Assembly (NCBI GenBank): GCA_028534125.1
Contig: CM052818.1
Coordinates: 12,402,001-12,466,000 of the forward strand
Direction: 5' to 3'
DNA length: 64,000 nt
Source of the DNA: Lama glama
Lineage: Eukaryota
Numbering within the stretch: the first letter of the stretch is position 1; the number at the start of each line of letters is the position of its first letter. Made by a program: the position numbers and the translations under genes. Under the pieces are notes generated by a model. It had not been told where the DNA came from, did not search any database, and saw nothing but the letters and a program-made list of their open reading frames with translations. Shown here in pieces: positions 39,524 to 53,013 of this stretch.

Positions 39524-41191
39524 CAACTTTCCTTTAAGCCACAGCCTAATACAGAGCAAGGCTCTAACTCTAATTCTCTTCACTTCTATGAAGAAGAAAA
39601 GTTTGAAGTTAGCAGAGGTTGGTTCATGACTTTTAAGGAAAGAAGCCATCTTCATAACATAAAAGTGCAAGGTGAAGCAGCAAGTGCTGATGTAGAAGCT
39701 GTAGCAAGTGGCCCAGAGAATCCAGCTCAGATCACTAAAGATGGTGGCCAGTCTAAAGAGCAGATTTTCAATGTAGATGAAACAGCCTTCTATTGGAAGA
39801 AGATGCCATTAGGACTAGCTAGAGAGGAGAAATCAGTGCCTGGCTTCAAAGTTTCAAAAGGACAGGCTGACTCTTTGTTAGGGGCCAATGCATCTGATGA
39901 CTAAGTTGAAGCCAATGCTCATTACCATTCTGAAAATCCTAGGGCCCTTAAGAATTACGCAAAACCTACTCTGCCTGTGCTCTGTCGATGGAAAAACAAA
40001 ACTTGGGTGACAGCACATCTGTTTATAATATGGCTTATTGAATATTTTAAGCTCACTGTCGAGACCTGCTGCTCAGAAAACAGAAGATTCCTTTTAGAAT
40101 ACTGCTGCTCATTGACAATGCACCTGGTCGTCCCAGAGCTCTGATGGGGATGTGCAATGAGATTAATGTTGTTTCTGTGCCTGCTAACGCATCCATTCTG
40201 CAACCCATGGATCAAGGAGTAAGTTTGACTTTCAACTCTTATTCTTTAAGAAATATGTTTTGTAAGGCTATAGATTCCAAAGACTGATTTCTCTGACGGA
40301 TCTGGGTCAATTGAAAACCTTCTGAAAAGAATTCACCATTCTAGATGCAACTAAGAACATTTGTGATTCATGTAAGAGGTCAAAATATCAGCATGAACAG
40401 GAGTTTGGAAGAAGTTGATTACAGCTCTCATGGATGACTTTGAGAAGTTCAAGACTTCAGTGGAGGAAGTAACTGCAGATGTGGTAGAAATAGCAAGAGA
40501 ACTAAAATTAGAACTGGAGCCTTGAAGACATGACTGAATTGCTGCAATCTCATAATAAAAAATTAATGGATGAGGAATTGCTTATTATGGATGAGCAGAA
40601 AAAGTGTTTTGTTCTGTTTTTTTTTTTTGTAATGCAGTTTACTCCTGGTAAAGATGCTGGGAAGATTGTTGAAATGACAACAAAGGACTTAGAACATTAT
40701 ATAAACTTAGTTGACGAAGCAGCAGCAGAGTTTGAGAGGACTGACTTCATTTTGAAAGAAGTTCTACTGTGGGTGAAATGCTATCAAACAACATTGCACA
40801 CTACAGATGAATTGTTCTTGAAAGGAAGAGTCCATTGATCAGCAGCCTTTATTGTTATCTTATTTTAAGAAATTGTCACAGCCACTCTAACCTTCAGCAG
40901 CCACCACCCTGATCAGTCAGCAGCCATCAACATAGAGGCAAGAGCCTCTGCCAGCAAAAAATGTTACAACTCACTGAAAGCTCTGATGATGGTTATCATT
41001 TTTAAGCAATATTTTTAAATTAACGTATGGACGTTGTTTTTTTAAGACATAATGCTAGACTACAGTATAGTGTAAACAAAACCTTTAGATGCACTGGGAA
41101 ACTAAAAAATTCATATGACTGGCTTTATTGGACTATTTGGTATGTTGCAGTGGTCTGGGACCACACTCAGGGAATCTCCAAGGTATGCCTA
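39524..41191 (+). mobile_element. Tigger1 (TcMar-Tigger/pogo) DNA transposon, 5'-truncated, with decayed DDD transposase
   Basis: [58 protein letters not shown] peptides; right TIR atctccaaggtatgcct; stops and frameshifts. Confidence 0.97.
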
Positions 41192-41860
41192 TGTATTTCT
41201 AGGACTTACTTATCTTCATTTTGGAATTTTGTACCATTTGACCACCTCACCCACTTCCTGTACCCTTCACTTCCCACCTCTGGTAACCACCAGTCTGTTC
41301 TTTATAACTATAAGTTTGTTTATTTCAGATTTTACATATAATTGATACTGCGCAGTATTTGTCTATCTCTATTTCACTTAGTATAATGCCCTTAAGGTCC
41401 ATCCATGTTGTTGCAAATGGCAGGATATCCTCTTCTGTGGCTTATTAAAATTCATATAATATATAATATATAAATGTAATATATACATTACATTTTCTTT
41501 ATCCGTTCATTTTATCAGTAAACACTTAAGTTGTTTCATTGTCTTGTCTATTGTAAATAATGCTGCAGTGAACAAGGGGATGCAGATAACTTTTTGAGTT
41601 CATGTTTTCTTTTCCTTTGAATAGATATCTAGAGTTGAAATTGCTGAATCACATGGCAGTTCAATTTTTAATTTTTTAAGAACCTCCATACTGGCTACCA
41701 CAGTGGCATAACCAATTTACATTCCCATCAGTAGCCCACAAGGGTTCCCTTTTCTCCACATCTTTGCCAGCAATTGTTATTTCTTGTCTTTTTGCTAATA
41801 GCCATTAACAGGCGTAAGCTGATATCGTATTGTGGTTTTGATTTGCATTTCCTTGGTGAT
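41192..41860 (-). mobile_element. L1MA9-like 3' UTR and ORF2 end
   Basis: cctctggtaaccaccagtctgttc, tttcacttagtataatgccc, aacctccatactg...tttacattccca. Confidence 0.9.
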
Positions 41861-43019
41861 GTGAATTTTCTATGTATTTGAAAACAAAATCCCAGTTTAT
41901 TATTTCACTTATTGGAATTTACCAAATGGAAATAAATATTAATGTATACAAATTTTTAAAAACATTTATTACACAATTAGATGGAAAACGAACACTCATA
42001 TACATTATTTGTGGAAGGTACTGGTTTTATTCTTTTGACAGAACATTGTAGCAAAATTGTTTATTCAATATGATCCACTGATTACTTTTCTAGGCTTTTA
42101 CCCGATAGGTTATATCTGTGTTGAATGTAGCATAATATAAAATATTAAAAGATTGTGAAAAATCTAATAACATATATTGAATTTATACTTTTTCAATTTT
42201 TTGTTTTGAATGTAGTTAATATACATAAAATATGTTTTTAATAATTGGAAAAATATACACTTCTAAAATATGAAAAATAAATATACTGCTTTATCTGTTG
42301 ACTAACATTCAGGGCAAATTTGAATCATTTTATTTAGCCTCAGGAGGGATGTAAGAGCAGAAAACTCAAAATGATAAAATATGTTTTAAAACATAGCTCA
42401 CAAGTGATGTCATTACCTAAAATACAAAAGTAGAAGAGAAGTTATTGAATTTTGGACATGTTCCATTTAAAGTGCTTTTGAAAGCCTCCGTGGAAAAATG
42501 TCTAGAAAATACTTGCAAAGATATGTCAGGTGCTGCAAAAATAGTTCAATTGTAGACAGGTCTGTTTAGGATTTGGAAATGGAAATAATCAGCAGTCAAA
42601 GTGAAAAAAAACTTAGAGATAAACAGAGGCCTGCAAAACTCAGATGCTTCAGGGAGCATTAGTCCATTAGAAATCATCCATATTTTAAAAACTAACATTG
42701 TATTTGGTAGTGAAATGGTTGACAAAAACTTTCAAAAGAACAGTTGCTATAGAAAGTTGAACGTATTGTAGACAGTTGAGGAGTAAGTAGGTGAAAGAAA
42801 GTAAAAGCTAAAATATAGGTAACTTTCAAAATGTCTGGAAATGAATCCAATTACAGAGATTGGGCAGTGATAGAGGGAAACTGACAAAACTATTAGCAAT
42901 TATCCAGATTTCTTACCAGCCTCTTACCAAGACTAGATTGTGTAAGGGGGATTCTAATAAGCTTTTTGCCTTTGATCCATTTTAATGGCACAGAAAATTC
43001 ATCTCATTCTATAGGCAAA

Positions 43020-43387
43020 CATTGGTAGGAATATTTGAAAGAAGGTTCGCAATTCTGTGCTCTGAAATCCATGAGTATTCCCACAATGACCGAGCATGGC
43101 AGGCATAGTAACGCGGGGCATTCCTGGGACAGGAAAACTTTGGTTCCAGAACCCCCCGAGAGCCCTGCTGACCCCTCCTTAGACTGTAAAGTGTCCTGAA
43201 GTGCTTCGACCAACCTTCCCACTGTCTCTTCTTTGCTGGAGTCAGACTTACATGGTTGTCTGATGGTTCACCCAGCCTTTCCTGCTGTTGCCCCATTTTC
43301 TCTCACACATACACACTTCCCCTCATAAAATCCTTGAACACTTACCTCAACTTGGCATCTGCTTCTCAGAGGACCTGGACTAACACA
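43020..43387 (+). mobile_element. LTR16-family ERVL solo LTR
   Basis: Terminal cttggcatctgcttctcagaggacctggactaacaca. Confidence 0.75.
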
Positions 43388-45419
43388 CACATATTAATAG
43401 AAATTTTCAGATATTCTTTGAAGCTGTGAGCTGCTTAAACTTTATGCTACTTATTGAAGATAGCAGCTTATGGTTATCACATAGTTTCTCTTGAGGTTTT
43501 AAAAAGCAGATACTAGTTAGACTTTTCAGATTTTATATTAGAGGTAGCCCGTCTTTGATCACATTTCTTTTTTCACTGTCCCCCGAATTTTCAAATGTTG
43601 AATATCCTACATTTAAAAAACGATGAATGGTGCCATCCAGTGATATCCAGTATTCCTTTCTGTTCTTGAATATGTTTATAGCCTCCTTTGGTGAGCATAG
43701 TAAAGTTGGCAAGTAAGAGCAAGGAAGCTTTACGTTTCTTCTTTTTGATATGTAGTATTTATGTTATTTGTTATTTGTCCAACCTGTGGAAAGATGGATG
43801 CTGCTTGATGATGAAGACATAATATAAATCAGGGTAATAACCGCAGGACTAGTGCCAGGAAGCTTCTAGTTCTCATTAGCATGTGGTTTGTATCAAGAGA
43901 TGGTAGGAGAACAAAGGTGAAGAAAATGTCACTGGCTGAAAGCCCCAAAGAAAAATACCTCTAAATTATGGGTGAAACTTGCTCCTCCAATCTTTTCTAA
44001 GAACACCCTGTTCCTCTTGTGGGATAAAGGCTATTCTAGTGACTGGATTGAGGGTATGAGTGTAGTGTGGGAATGAGTTAACTGAATTTGACCTGAATTT
44101 TATCAATTACTTTTTCAATAAGGCTCCCCAAAATAAGGCAAGCATCCTGGTCTCTGTTGTCTCTGTTACTCTGGGATTACAGGGGTGGGTGGAGTCCTGT
44201 CATGGTAACATATATGCCAGCATTACAAACAAATAGACCTTCACACCTATACAAATGCTCTTTCTGTAAGAGACACTGAGCTCATCAATTTGCAGGGAGC
44301 CTCTTGAGAATGTAGCTTTATGTAAAGGGTTCGTATTAAATGATACTTGATCCTGTTTAAGTGAAGGCATGTGAAATGTGCAGTGTGGGTATAATTATTT
44401 TGATTAGTGAACTCTAATGCAGACACCATCACATTTCCATACCACAGTTGACATTTAGCAGAATAGGCGGCCTCAGATCATTAACAACGGGCCATAAGCA
44501 ATCCTGGCATTTCCCAAGAAACCTGTAATTAATTGGAAACCATGAATTGAGGAGAAGCATCTATTTTTTTTAATTGATTACTTTGTTCTATGCAGATAAA
44601 TAAAAGTATAGGATAGGCCATGATGAATGGTTATTACCTAGTGTATTCTACTGAGAAACTAGAGTAGTGCTCCAAGAAATACTTCTAGGAGATAGAATAA
44701 GAAAGTTTGCAGGTAAAGCAAAATACATGGAAGTCACAAAATCCTTTCTTCTCTCCCATGGATCGGAGACTCACCAACATTATGAAGACACACAACATTA
44801 AATATTAAAGCATTCAATAAAATCTTTGGAGTCAATATTTACCTTTATTTTGACTGATCAAAATCCAAACTCCCTTCCCCTTTTGGAAGAATCTTCACTA
44901 TTTAGCCAAAGGAGCACAAATTCTTTCTCTCTCTACCTGTTAGTAGGTTGGGTCTAAGTACCTGATTCTTTGCAGATTGATGTTCCAACCAAAGCTTAAA
45001 CTCTGGAGGGAGTGATGCAAAAAGAAGGGAAAGAATTTATTTGCAAGAGTTTTACAGAGTCCTGTGAGATAAGTGTCAGCAACAGGATTGGCAGATAGCC
45101 TTGGTTTTAAGTATTCCATGATGGCTGGGTTCGGTCGGATGGGTGGCTGTAGTACCAAAAACATCATTCTCATTAGACTAGACCTTTGGTCTGAACTTGG
45201 TTGTGGCTGTCATTACCTAAACTTCCTTGGTCTACCCAAGCTTGTTTTCTCCAGATTCCATTCTATCAGCTACCAAATAACTAATTTCTTCTATTTTTGC
45301 TAGAGGCTTAGCAGGTGCTTGGGGCCAAGAGCCACCTCAAATGATGTGCCACCTTGTTTAAAAATACAGGTGATTTAAAATAACCCTGTTAGGTAATATT
45401 TTTCATCCATCATTTCCCT

Positions 45420-45615
45420 AGAATTATAGCCACTGAATATTGAAAGGAACCCCAGAGGGCATACTTTAAACAGTTCTTTAAACAGTGCATGGTGCCTTCT
45501 ACAACATTTCTGATTGATGGATATTTGGTCTTCACTTGAATGCCTTCAGTGACAGAAAGCTCACAATGTTTTAAGGCAAATTATTCCATTTTCAGACAAT
45601 TCTAATTTTCTATTG
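45420..45615 (-). mobile_element. L3/CR1 3' fragment
   Basis: ttgaaaggaacccc, cttgaatgccttcagtgacagaaagctcac...ttccatttt. Confidence 0.55.
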
Positions 45616-46739
45616 TTAATTATTTGAGCTAGCTGTCTTTACAAGACTATGTTGATTTATTTGGCAGCCTCATCTAAGTTTTAGCTCAAATTGATACTGC
45701 AGTAAGTATATATCTCTGTTTTGACAGTGTATAAAGGTTCAGTTTCATTGAAGTTTATAAAGTTAAAAATATTTTGAAGAATGGCTAGGGCACAAGTATC
45801 AGCTCTGAAGAACTCCCTCGGGAAGTTCTTTGCCGCAGACTTGTGACATTTCTAGCTCAGATTTAGGCCTGGCTTCCTAAATTCAGTATAGGTTTGAGTC
45901 TTAGCTCATCACCATTGGCAGATGCCTCGAGAACCATGTTGTCTTCCCCAGACTGCCTGATTTAGAACCATATCTGGGCTCAGTGATAAGTGGAAAAAAT
46001 TATTTAGATCAATATGAGTGCTGGATTGGGTCAAACTTCCTATGACAAAGAGAAGGAAAAGTGTTCATGTACATGAACATTATGACAAATGATTTTGAAA
46101 AATAATTACCTGCCAAAGTGAGTGTATAAGACGTAGATAATTCAAAGTTCAAAAACTCTTTAGAGTGAGTGATAGTCTCCACTTGGCCTAAAACATGTGG
46201 CTAATTGCTGTTTATTAGCAATACGCTTTCCTCCTTTGCAATGGCTATAATAAATCAACTATTGGAATTCCCTGATTAGCTATTTTATGGGCCAGATCCA
46301 CGATTTGCATTTCTGCTTCAGAAGACATATCTTCATTGATCAAAATCACTTAAGTCAAGAATAAAGACACACTTGCCTAAGTCAATTAAGGAATTCACAC
46401 CAGGAATGGAGACCCATGGAAATATTTGTCGAAAAAGGACACCTGATTAAAACAACCCCTCATATCTCTAGCAGCTTTCTCACTTTATATTTAGTGGTGT
46501 CTGCTTTTATCAGTGGAGAAACCCAGGGAAATAGAATTTGTTGTGAAACAATACATGAATTTACATTCCTATGTGAATTTTTAATTTTTCAATCCATGTA
46601 TTTCATACTCTCCTATAAATGTCCCTGAAGTAGCTTGTGACTTAGTAGCTGTAACTGAAGACAACCCTCAAATTTAATATGTACTGAACTTGTATGACTG
46701 ATATGTGTAGTATGTGTAGTAGTTCAACGCTCTGGAAGT

Positions 46740-47460
46740 TGTTTCATTGGAAATTAACCCTTGGGACTCCTCTGGATAATTTTTTCTTGTTCTCAAATTT
46801 TATCTCATTTGTCTTTCTTATTCTTATTTTCTTTCTCTCTCAAAGAATTGTCACCCTTCTCCCAGTTGCTTGAGTCAGACCGTTGGTTTTCACCCCTTGA
46901 TTACTGTTCATTCTTTTCCTCACTTGCTGTGATCGCCAGTCATCAAGTAGCGTTGATTTCACTTGCCTAAACTTCTTTAGCTTCCATCCTCTTCCCTCCA
47001 TGTTCTCTGCTGCTGCTTTCATTTAGGATTTGTCTTCTCTTGCCCAGATTACTAGAAGAGCCTCGTAAGTGATTACCCTTTAAATTTAGTTTTGACATTC
47101 CTCCCAGCATGATTCTTCTAATATGCAAATGTGGTCATGCTGTTTTAGTGCTACACATTCTTCAGTGGATCAACCGTCAAGTCAATGTCAACCTCCTTAG
47201 CACGTCATGTAAAGCTTCTTATGCCTAAGTTGTTCTTACTTCCCAAATCTGTGCATACCTCTTTCATATCCTGGATTTCAACCGTATACCCCTACTTCCC
47301 CTAAGAAGCCAAGCTCCCTCTCACTTCCAGGATTTAGTACAGGATTTTCCTATTTCTGTTGTCTTCCTTGATCTTCCCAGAATCGTTGAGGGGTCCATTC
47401 TTTGTCCTTCAATGATAGAATCCCATGGTTGTCTTTATTATATATATTTCCAGAGGATAC
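46740..47460 (+). mobile_element. L2 LINE fragment
   Basis: cccagattactagaagagcctcgtaagtg, aatatgcaaatgtggtcatg, ttcttcagtgg. Confidence 0.65.
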
Positions 47461-48079
47461 AATTGACTCAGAATTCTACAACTTCATGGACCCTTTTTCT
47501 ACCATCATCCTTACCCTCCCACAGGTACACACACAAGTATGATAGGAGGGAGAAGGAGTTGATCATCTGATTTGATTTCCTAACAGGAACTTATGCTAAG
47601 TCATCCCTTGAGAGTGGCATTTTCTTCTATATTCTCCTCCCTTTTAATTTAACTATGTTTATAAAATACATGTAGCTTTTCTTTTCTTTTTTTCTTCTGC
47701 CCAAGGAGTAGGCGACACCATTTTTTGCTGTCTTAGGTATTGCTCTTTTTCCTTCTTGCCTCTATAGGATTATGTGTGAATTGGCCCAGGGCGTTGCTCT
47801 TGAAGTACCATGGCCAACCCTTATTTCTGCTTCCCTTTTCCCATGGCTCCAACCAGAAAAAGGCTAAGACTGTGTCTTGACTATTAAAAGTCACAGTTAC
47901 CTCTGTCTTCTCATATTAATGATCAGGTGTTCTCATCATCTATTTTTATTCTTACGATTGGTTTGGAAAAGGAGTTCTTGAGATTTAAATTTGGGTTCAT
48001 GAGAAGAAATAATTCTTTCTATATTTACTAATATCTTTCTAGTTCAGCTGTCCATCTTCTTCCATGAGACCTAATGCTC

Positions 48080-48550
48080 TAATCATTTCCTAACACATTT
48101 TTCCATTCCTACTCTTCCTCCTTTTCTGATTCGTTCTCTACCCAGAAATCAGAGTGTTATTTTCAAGATGTCTGTCTCCTGTTTCTATCCTCTGTTTAAT
48201 GCTTTCCCATTATACTGATAATAAAATGTAAAAACCTTCACATGGTATAAGAAGCTTTACTCTCAACTACCTCTTGAAATTCATTCCTCTCTGTCTTGCT
48301 CACAACTCTCCAGCCACTATTTCAGATCTTTTATTGTGTCCTTCTGTCTGAATACTCTCCCCAGCCCACCCCCTGCATTCCTTATCTGGCTGTTTCAGGT
48401 CTCAGCTTAAATGTCACTATCTCATATAGGCCTTCTTTCACGTCTTATTTTATAATGAACCCCTCCTTTCATTCCCATACTGCGCCTCATCATGGTACCT
48501 CATGTCATTTGTCATCTGCAGGTTCTCAGATGCCTTTATTAAATGTGTAA
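48080..48550 (+). mobile_element. L2 LINE 3' fragment
   Basis: tcaggtctcagcttaaatgtcact...aggccttct. Confidence 0.65.
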
Positions 48551-48559
48551 TAAGTGTAA

Positions 48560-49026
48560 TGTTTTGGGGGAAAAGAAAGTGGTGTGCTTTCCTTGCGTGC
48601 CGTTTGGAGGGGGTGGAGATGGAGGCTGACCCTCCTGACCTTTGCTTCCTCCACTCATGTCCTTCTAGAGCCCTTTACCCTTTCAGTGTGTTTCAGTTCC
48701 CTGATTGCGTTCACTCCCTGCAGCCAGATTCTGCCTCTTTTTGTGAAGGTTGCCCTCGGGCTAGTAGAGATGCTCGGAGTCTGAATATTCCATCTCTTTT
48801 GTTCCCAATTAAGGCCACAATCTCCTCCGTTTCTGATGCTCCCATTTGGAATTGAGCCAAAGTTACTATACCCTGTGCGACTTTGCTTAGTTCTACACTC
48901 TTGCTTGACTTCCATTCATCCCTTCCTTATCCCACTTCCTCATGTGCCTATTATTTTTCCTAATGAATCACTTTTGCAAGAATCCTTGACTCAGAATCTG
49001 TGTCTGGGGAACTCTTAACGGAGATA
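48560..49026 (+). mobile_element. LTR16-like ERVL LTR
   Basis: End taatgaatcacttttgcaagaatcc...ctcagaatctgtgtctggggaac. Confidence 0.55.
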
Positions 49027-49144
49027 TCCAACCTCACAAGAGAGGCTTTTAAATGTTTTTCATGTCCTTAGTATATAATATTGACCTAGGTTGTCAATCA
49101 AATCCTAAATTATTTCTTGTTTAAACAGGCGCAGATAGAGAGTG

Positions 49145-49310
49145 TGCTGGAAAAGACCTCAGTGATCTAGCCATCCAGTGGCATTGTTTTATTGATGAGG
49201 GATTGAGCAGCAGAGGGCGTGTGCTCTGCTCAAGGTCACAGCCTTCCTGAGCAGCAGGGTGGCAACCAGGACCAGCATCCTGATATCCCTGACACCCAGA
49301 CTCATGCTTT
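49145..49310 (-). mobile_element. MIR fragment
   Basis: ttttattgatgaggg...tgctcaaggtcacagc. Confidence 0.6.
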
Positions 49311-50006
49311 ACATCAAGAACTTTTCATAAATTTAAATTGGGTGATTTAAAAAGGATGAAAAGAAACCAAACACTATTAAAGTAAAACAAATTGGCCTGC
49401 AGATGAAAATAATTCATAGGGGTGTTAGAAATCATTAAAATACAACCCGAGGAGAAACTGAACAGTTAGCAACTTAGTGTCCTTTACTGTCTTGTTCTCT
49501 GCAGTTCCACATAAATGTCATTTCCTCTAATGCTGCTTTCAAAGAAATCATGGGGTAAATAGACAGCTGTAGGATGTGTGTGTGTCTGTGCATACATGTA
49601 TCACATAGCATTGAATTTAATGATTCTTCTAAAAATAAAAATTTGAAATATTTACAAAATTACCATTAAAAGCCATAGTACAACTGCTTCACGGATTGTG
49701 ATGAGTAATAGCTTCATACATCTTACTTGAGAGGCCTCAAAGTGCCTTAAGTGTATTGTACTTGTGACTTACGAGGTTCCCAGGCAAGACATAAACCCAT
49801 AATTTTCTGTAGTCACTGTTACTCAAAATGATGGACTCTACCTAGAGTGGAATTGATTTATTAGATTTTTTAATTCAGATGATGAATAATTTTTCTGATT
49901 AATGAAAGGATTCTAATACCAGAGCTGGCACATCATCATGATTTGGTCTCTAAAACTAATTTAAGTGACATTGTAAATACCACTCAATAAAAGACAACTA
50001 TTGTTC

Positions 50007-50046
50007 TGTGTGTGTGTGTGTGTGTGTGTGTGCACGCGCGCGTGCA
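50007..50046. repeat. (TG)13 followed by a CG-core palindrome
   Basis: 40 bp of perfect pyrimidine-purine alternation; tgcacgcgcgcgtgca palindrome at 50031-50046. Confidence 0.9.
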
Positions 50047-50469
50047 AGTGTGCATGTGCTAGTGCATAGTCATAGGCCTGTGAAATTTCATGGGAGGTGG
50101 AGGGGTCTCTTCTTGTGACATCAATTTCATTATTACTAAAGGGTTAGAGAGCTATTACGATAGTTTTGCTAAAAGGAGGGGCAAGATCGGAAGTGTAAAT
50201 GTATTGCCTTGAAGCCCATTTCTGATGGTTTAGCATTATTTCAACTGAGATAAAAAACACTAAATGCAATGCTTTTCAGTAGGTAGAGTGAGAAGGGATT
50301 TAGTTATCATGCAAACTTCCACACTGTGCAAAAATGTCATAAGTATCCTTTCCTAGAAGTGATGTTTGAATACTGGCAGGGACGAAGAGCTTAATATTGA
50401 CAGTTTTAGACAACCATGAGTTTTAGAAAATTTTAACTTATATTCATGTGAGATATATGTCTTCATAAA

Positions 50470-50725
50470 TCCAAAGCTCTTGTCGGTATTCTGCCCTGTG
50501 GTGACATACAGAGTTAGTCTAGTCCTTCAGATCCTTGAAGACAAGACAGCTACCATGTGTCCATCCCTTTTTGCCTTTTTAGATAGAAATTGGAGCCTTT
50601 CCAGCCTTTTAAGCACATCTCATGCCACATGGTTTCTATATTTTTCATAACCCCAACATGTTTTAACTGGAGAAATTCCCTCTTCAAATGTGGTATTTAA
50701 TTGAGAAAACAGTACTTTTGCTGCT
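50470..50725 (-). mobile_element. L3/CR1 fragment
   Basis: ccttcagatccttgaagac...gacagctaccatgtgtcc...ccctcttcaaatgtgg. Confidence 0.45.
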
Positions 50726-51329
50726 CCTGATTTTGTTCATTCACCGAATATTTATTTAGTGTCTATGTTGTATCAGGAATTATTCTGGGTATTGATTGAG
50801 GCATACAAGGGGAGAAAACAAGCCCCTGTCTTCATGATGTTTCTACATATGCTCAGCAGTGTGTATTTTAAAATGTGATTTACCTCCCTAGATCCAGACA
50901 CTTTTTTCTCCTTACTATAGTCTTACATTTCACTAGGAAGTTCAACTTAGCAAGTAAATCTTGCTATTTGCTCATCACTAATTAAAATATTTAGGGTTTT
51001 TCAGATGAGGATGGTACAATCTCTCATTCTTACTTCTGTTCTTAATCATCTCTTAAGTTAATACATTTATTGTCTTTTTTGGGGATTTCGTCTTATCCTC
51101 CAACTTGAAATAATCTTTATAATTAAATTTTCTTATCTGTGAGTTGGCCCTTTGGGTCTTGATTCAACCAGAAATTGATAACAAGATTTTTTTTGTGACT
51201 TTATTAATCTGGTTAAAGTGCTATTTAGGAAGAGTCAAGTACAGAATCTTGCAGTCCTACAATAGTTACATTAACTCTTGCTTTCAAATGGTAATATCAC
51301 TTAAAACAAATATCATGGTTAAAAAAATT

Positions 51330-52070
51330 TTTAAAGTCTGTTCAGTGCAACCAAAATTTCTCAGAAATTCTGCCCTCATGTGTAACCATAACTATTTTTT
51401 ACCTTTCCAGAATTTTAATGCACATATTTTATATAAACAATATTATATTATCTATGTTAAATTAACATACATATTATATACATTTTCTATTTTCAAATGT
51501 ACTAAATACTTCTGCCCTTTTGAATGTATGTATTTTATTCCAGTGTATGCATATACTGTAATTTATTTATTACTCATCGACAGTTCAGCTGTTTCCAAAT
51601 TTTTTCCATTATATGGCCCATCCATACAGGGATATACATCTTAATGTACTTACACTACCCCCCTTAAGATAAAATTTCAGAAGTAGGATAGTTCCAGAAG
51701 TGAAATGAATTATATACAAATTAAAATTTGGGGATATGTTACCAGATTGTCCACTGGAAAGCAGGAACAATTCCACACAACCACTTCCAGTATGTCAGAG
51801 GTTTTCATTTCTTTACATCCTTGCCAGCAAGGTGAAATGTAATGCTTTCTAATCATTATCTATCTGATATTTTTGTTTTAATTTGCATTTACATGCTTGT
51901 TAATAATCTTTTATATACTAACTTGCCATTTGCCCAGGTTTTTATTGGATTATTTCCTTTCCTTTTTGATTTGCCTGAAGATAGTGAGTTTTAAAAAGAC
52001 ATATTTTGCACAAAATTGTCTTTTAATATATATCTTTTGCATATGGTATATATAAAATGTGTGCTGTCAA
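51330..52070 (-). mobile_element. L1ME-type 3' fragments
   Basis: catttctttacatccttgccagca, ttttaatttgcattt. Confidence 0.65.
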
Positions 52071-53013
52071 CTCTGAAAGACTGTCTCTACTGTTAATTTG
52101 ATCTTTAATCAACTCTCTTTAGATGCAATTGAAAAACAGATGATTTATAACAGCATTCCAATATCAAAATGGAACTTGGAGAGGGCTGGAGAGTTGTAAT
52201 AAAAATAGTACTGGCAGATAGTATCATGTTATCTCATGCTAAGTATGTCAATCTCTCCAAAATGTCAGTTTCCATATTGGTAAACAACAACCACTACCAA
52301 AATCGAGAATAATAATGCTCTTCTTGCATAAAGGGATGTTGTGATGATGAAATGTGTTAATGTATATGCTAGAAATTTTTAGTATGTGAGGCACAATTCA
52401 AGTAATAGGTTTCAGTCTTTTTTTAACTACTCTGGTTATAGAAATCCAAGAGGTTATGGCATCTAGCTATATCTAATCTGTAGTCTGCAGAGCCAGTATT
52501 TTTATTTCTGTTCAGGATGTGGTTCATATTCTGTCTTGTAGGACTCCTGCCATCTCCTATGATTCTTAAACCTCGCTGGCAACATTCAGGTGAACACAAC
52601 TGCAAGTTTTCCCAGTGCTTAGGATGCAATTCATCTTAGTCTAGAGACAAAAATCCACTTAAGGTCTCTGGGGGCTCTCTCACTACCTCCTTACCTCTCC
52701 TGGGTTTCAGTTTCCTCTTAAACCTGTTTGTTCTCTTTTTGCAGCTTGTAGATTATTCTCCTTCAGGGAAAACACAGACTAGTTTTGCTTTCCTTTTGTC
52801 GTCTTTTTAATCCCTGCTTCCCAGCAGTGTGATTATCTATTCCTGCTTTTTTCTTGCTTTGAACAATGCTCCAGACACCCTGTGGTTATCATTGATAATT
52901 TTTTCAAGCTTTCCCTAAAATAAGGTTTAACTTTCTGAAATTAATTTTTATGTCTTTTTCTCCCCCCCAGTCTTCTGTATTTATTCTAGGTTATGTCCCA
53001 TTCATTTCCCATC

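Noticed and set aside
39626..40838. Transposase ORFs as a possible domesticated TIGD/CENP-B-like gene
   Set aside because: Fragmented by stops and frameshifts, N-terminus missing, TIR still attached: an ordinary Tigger1 fossil.
51144..51644. Longest ORF in the track (166 aa)
   Set aside because: Non-ATG start, low-complexity I/Y/F/K composition from AT-rich DNA, overlaps an antisense L1ME remnant, no recognisable domain.
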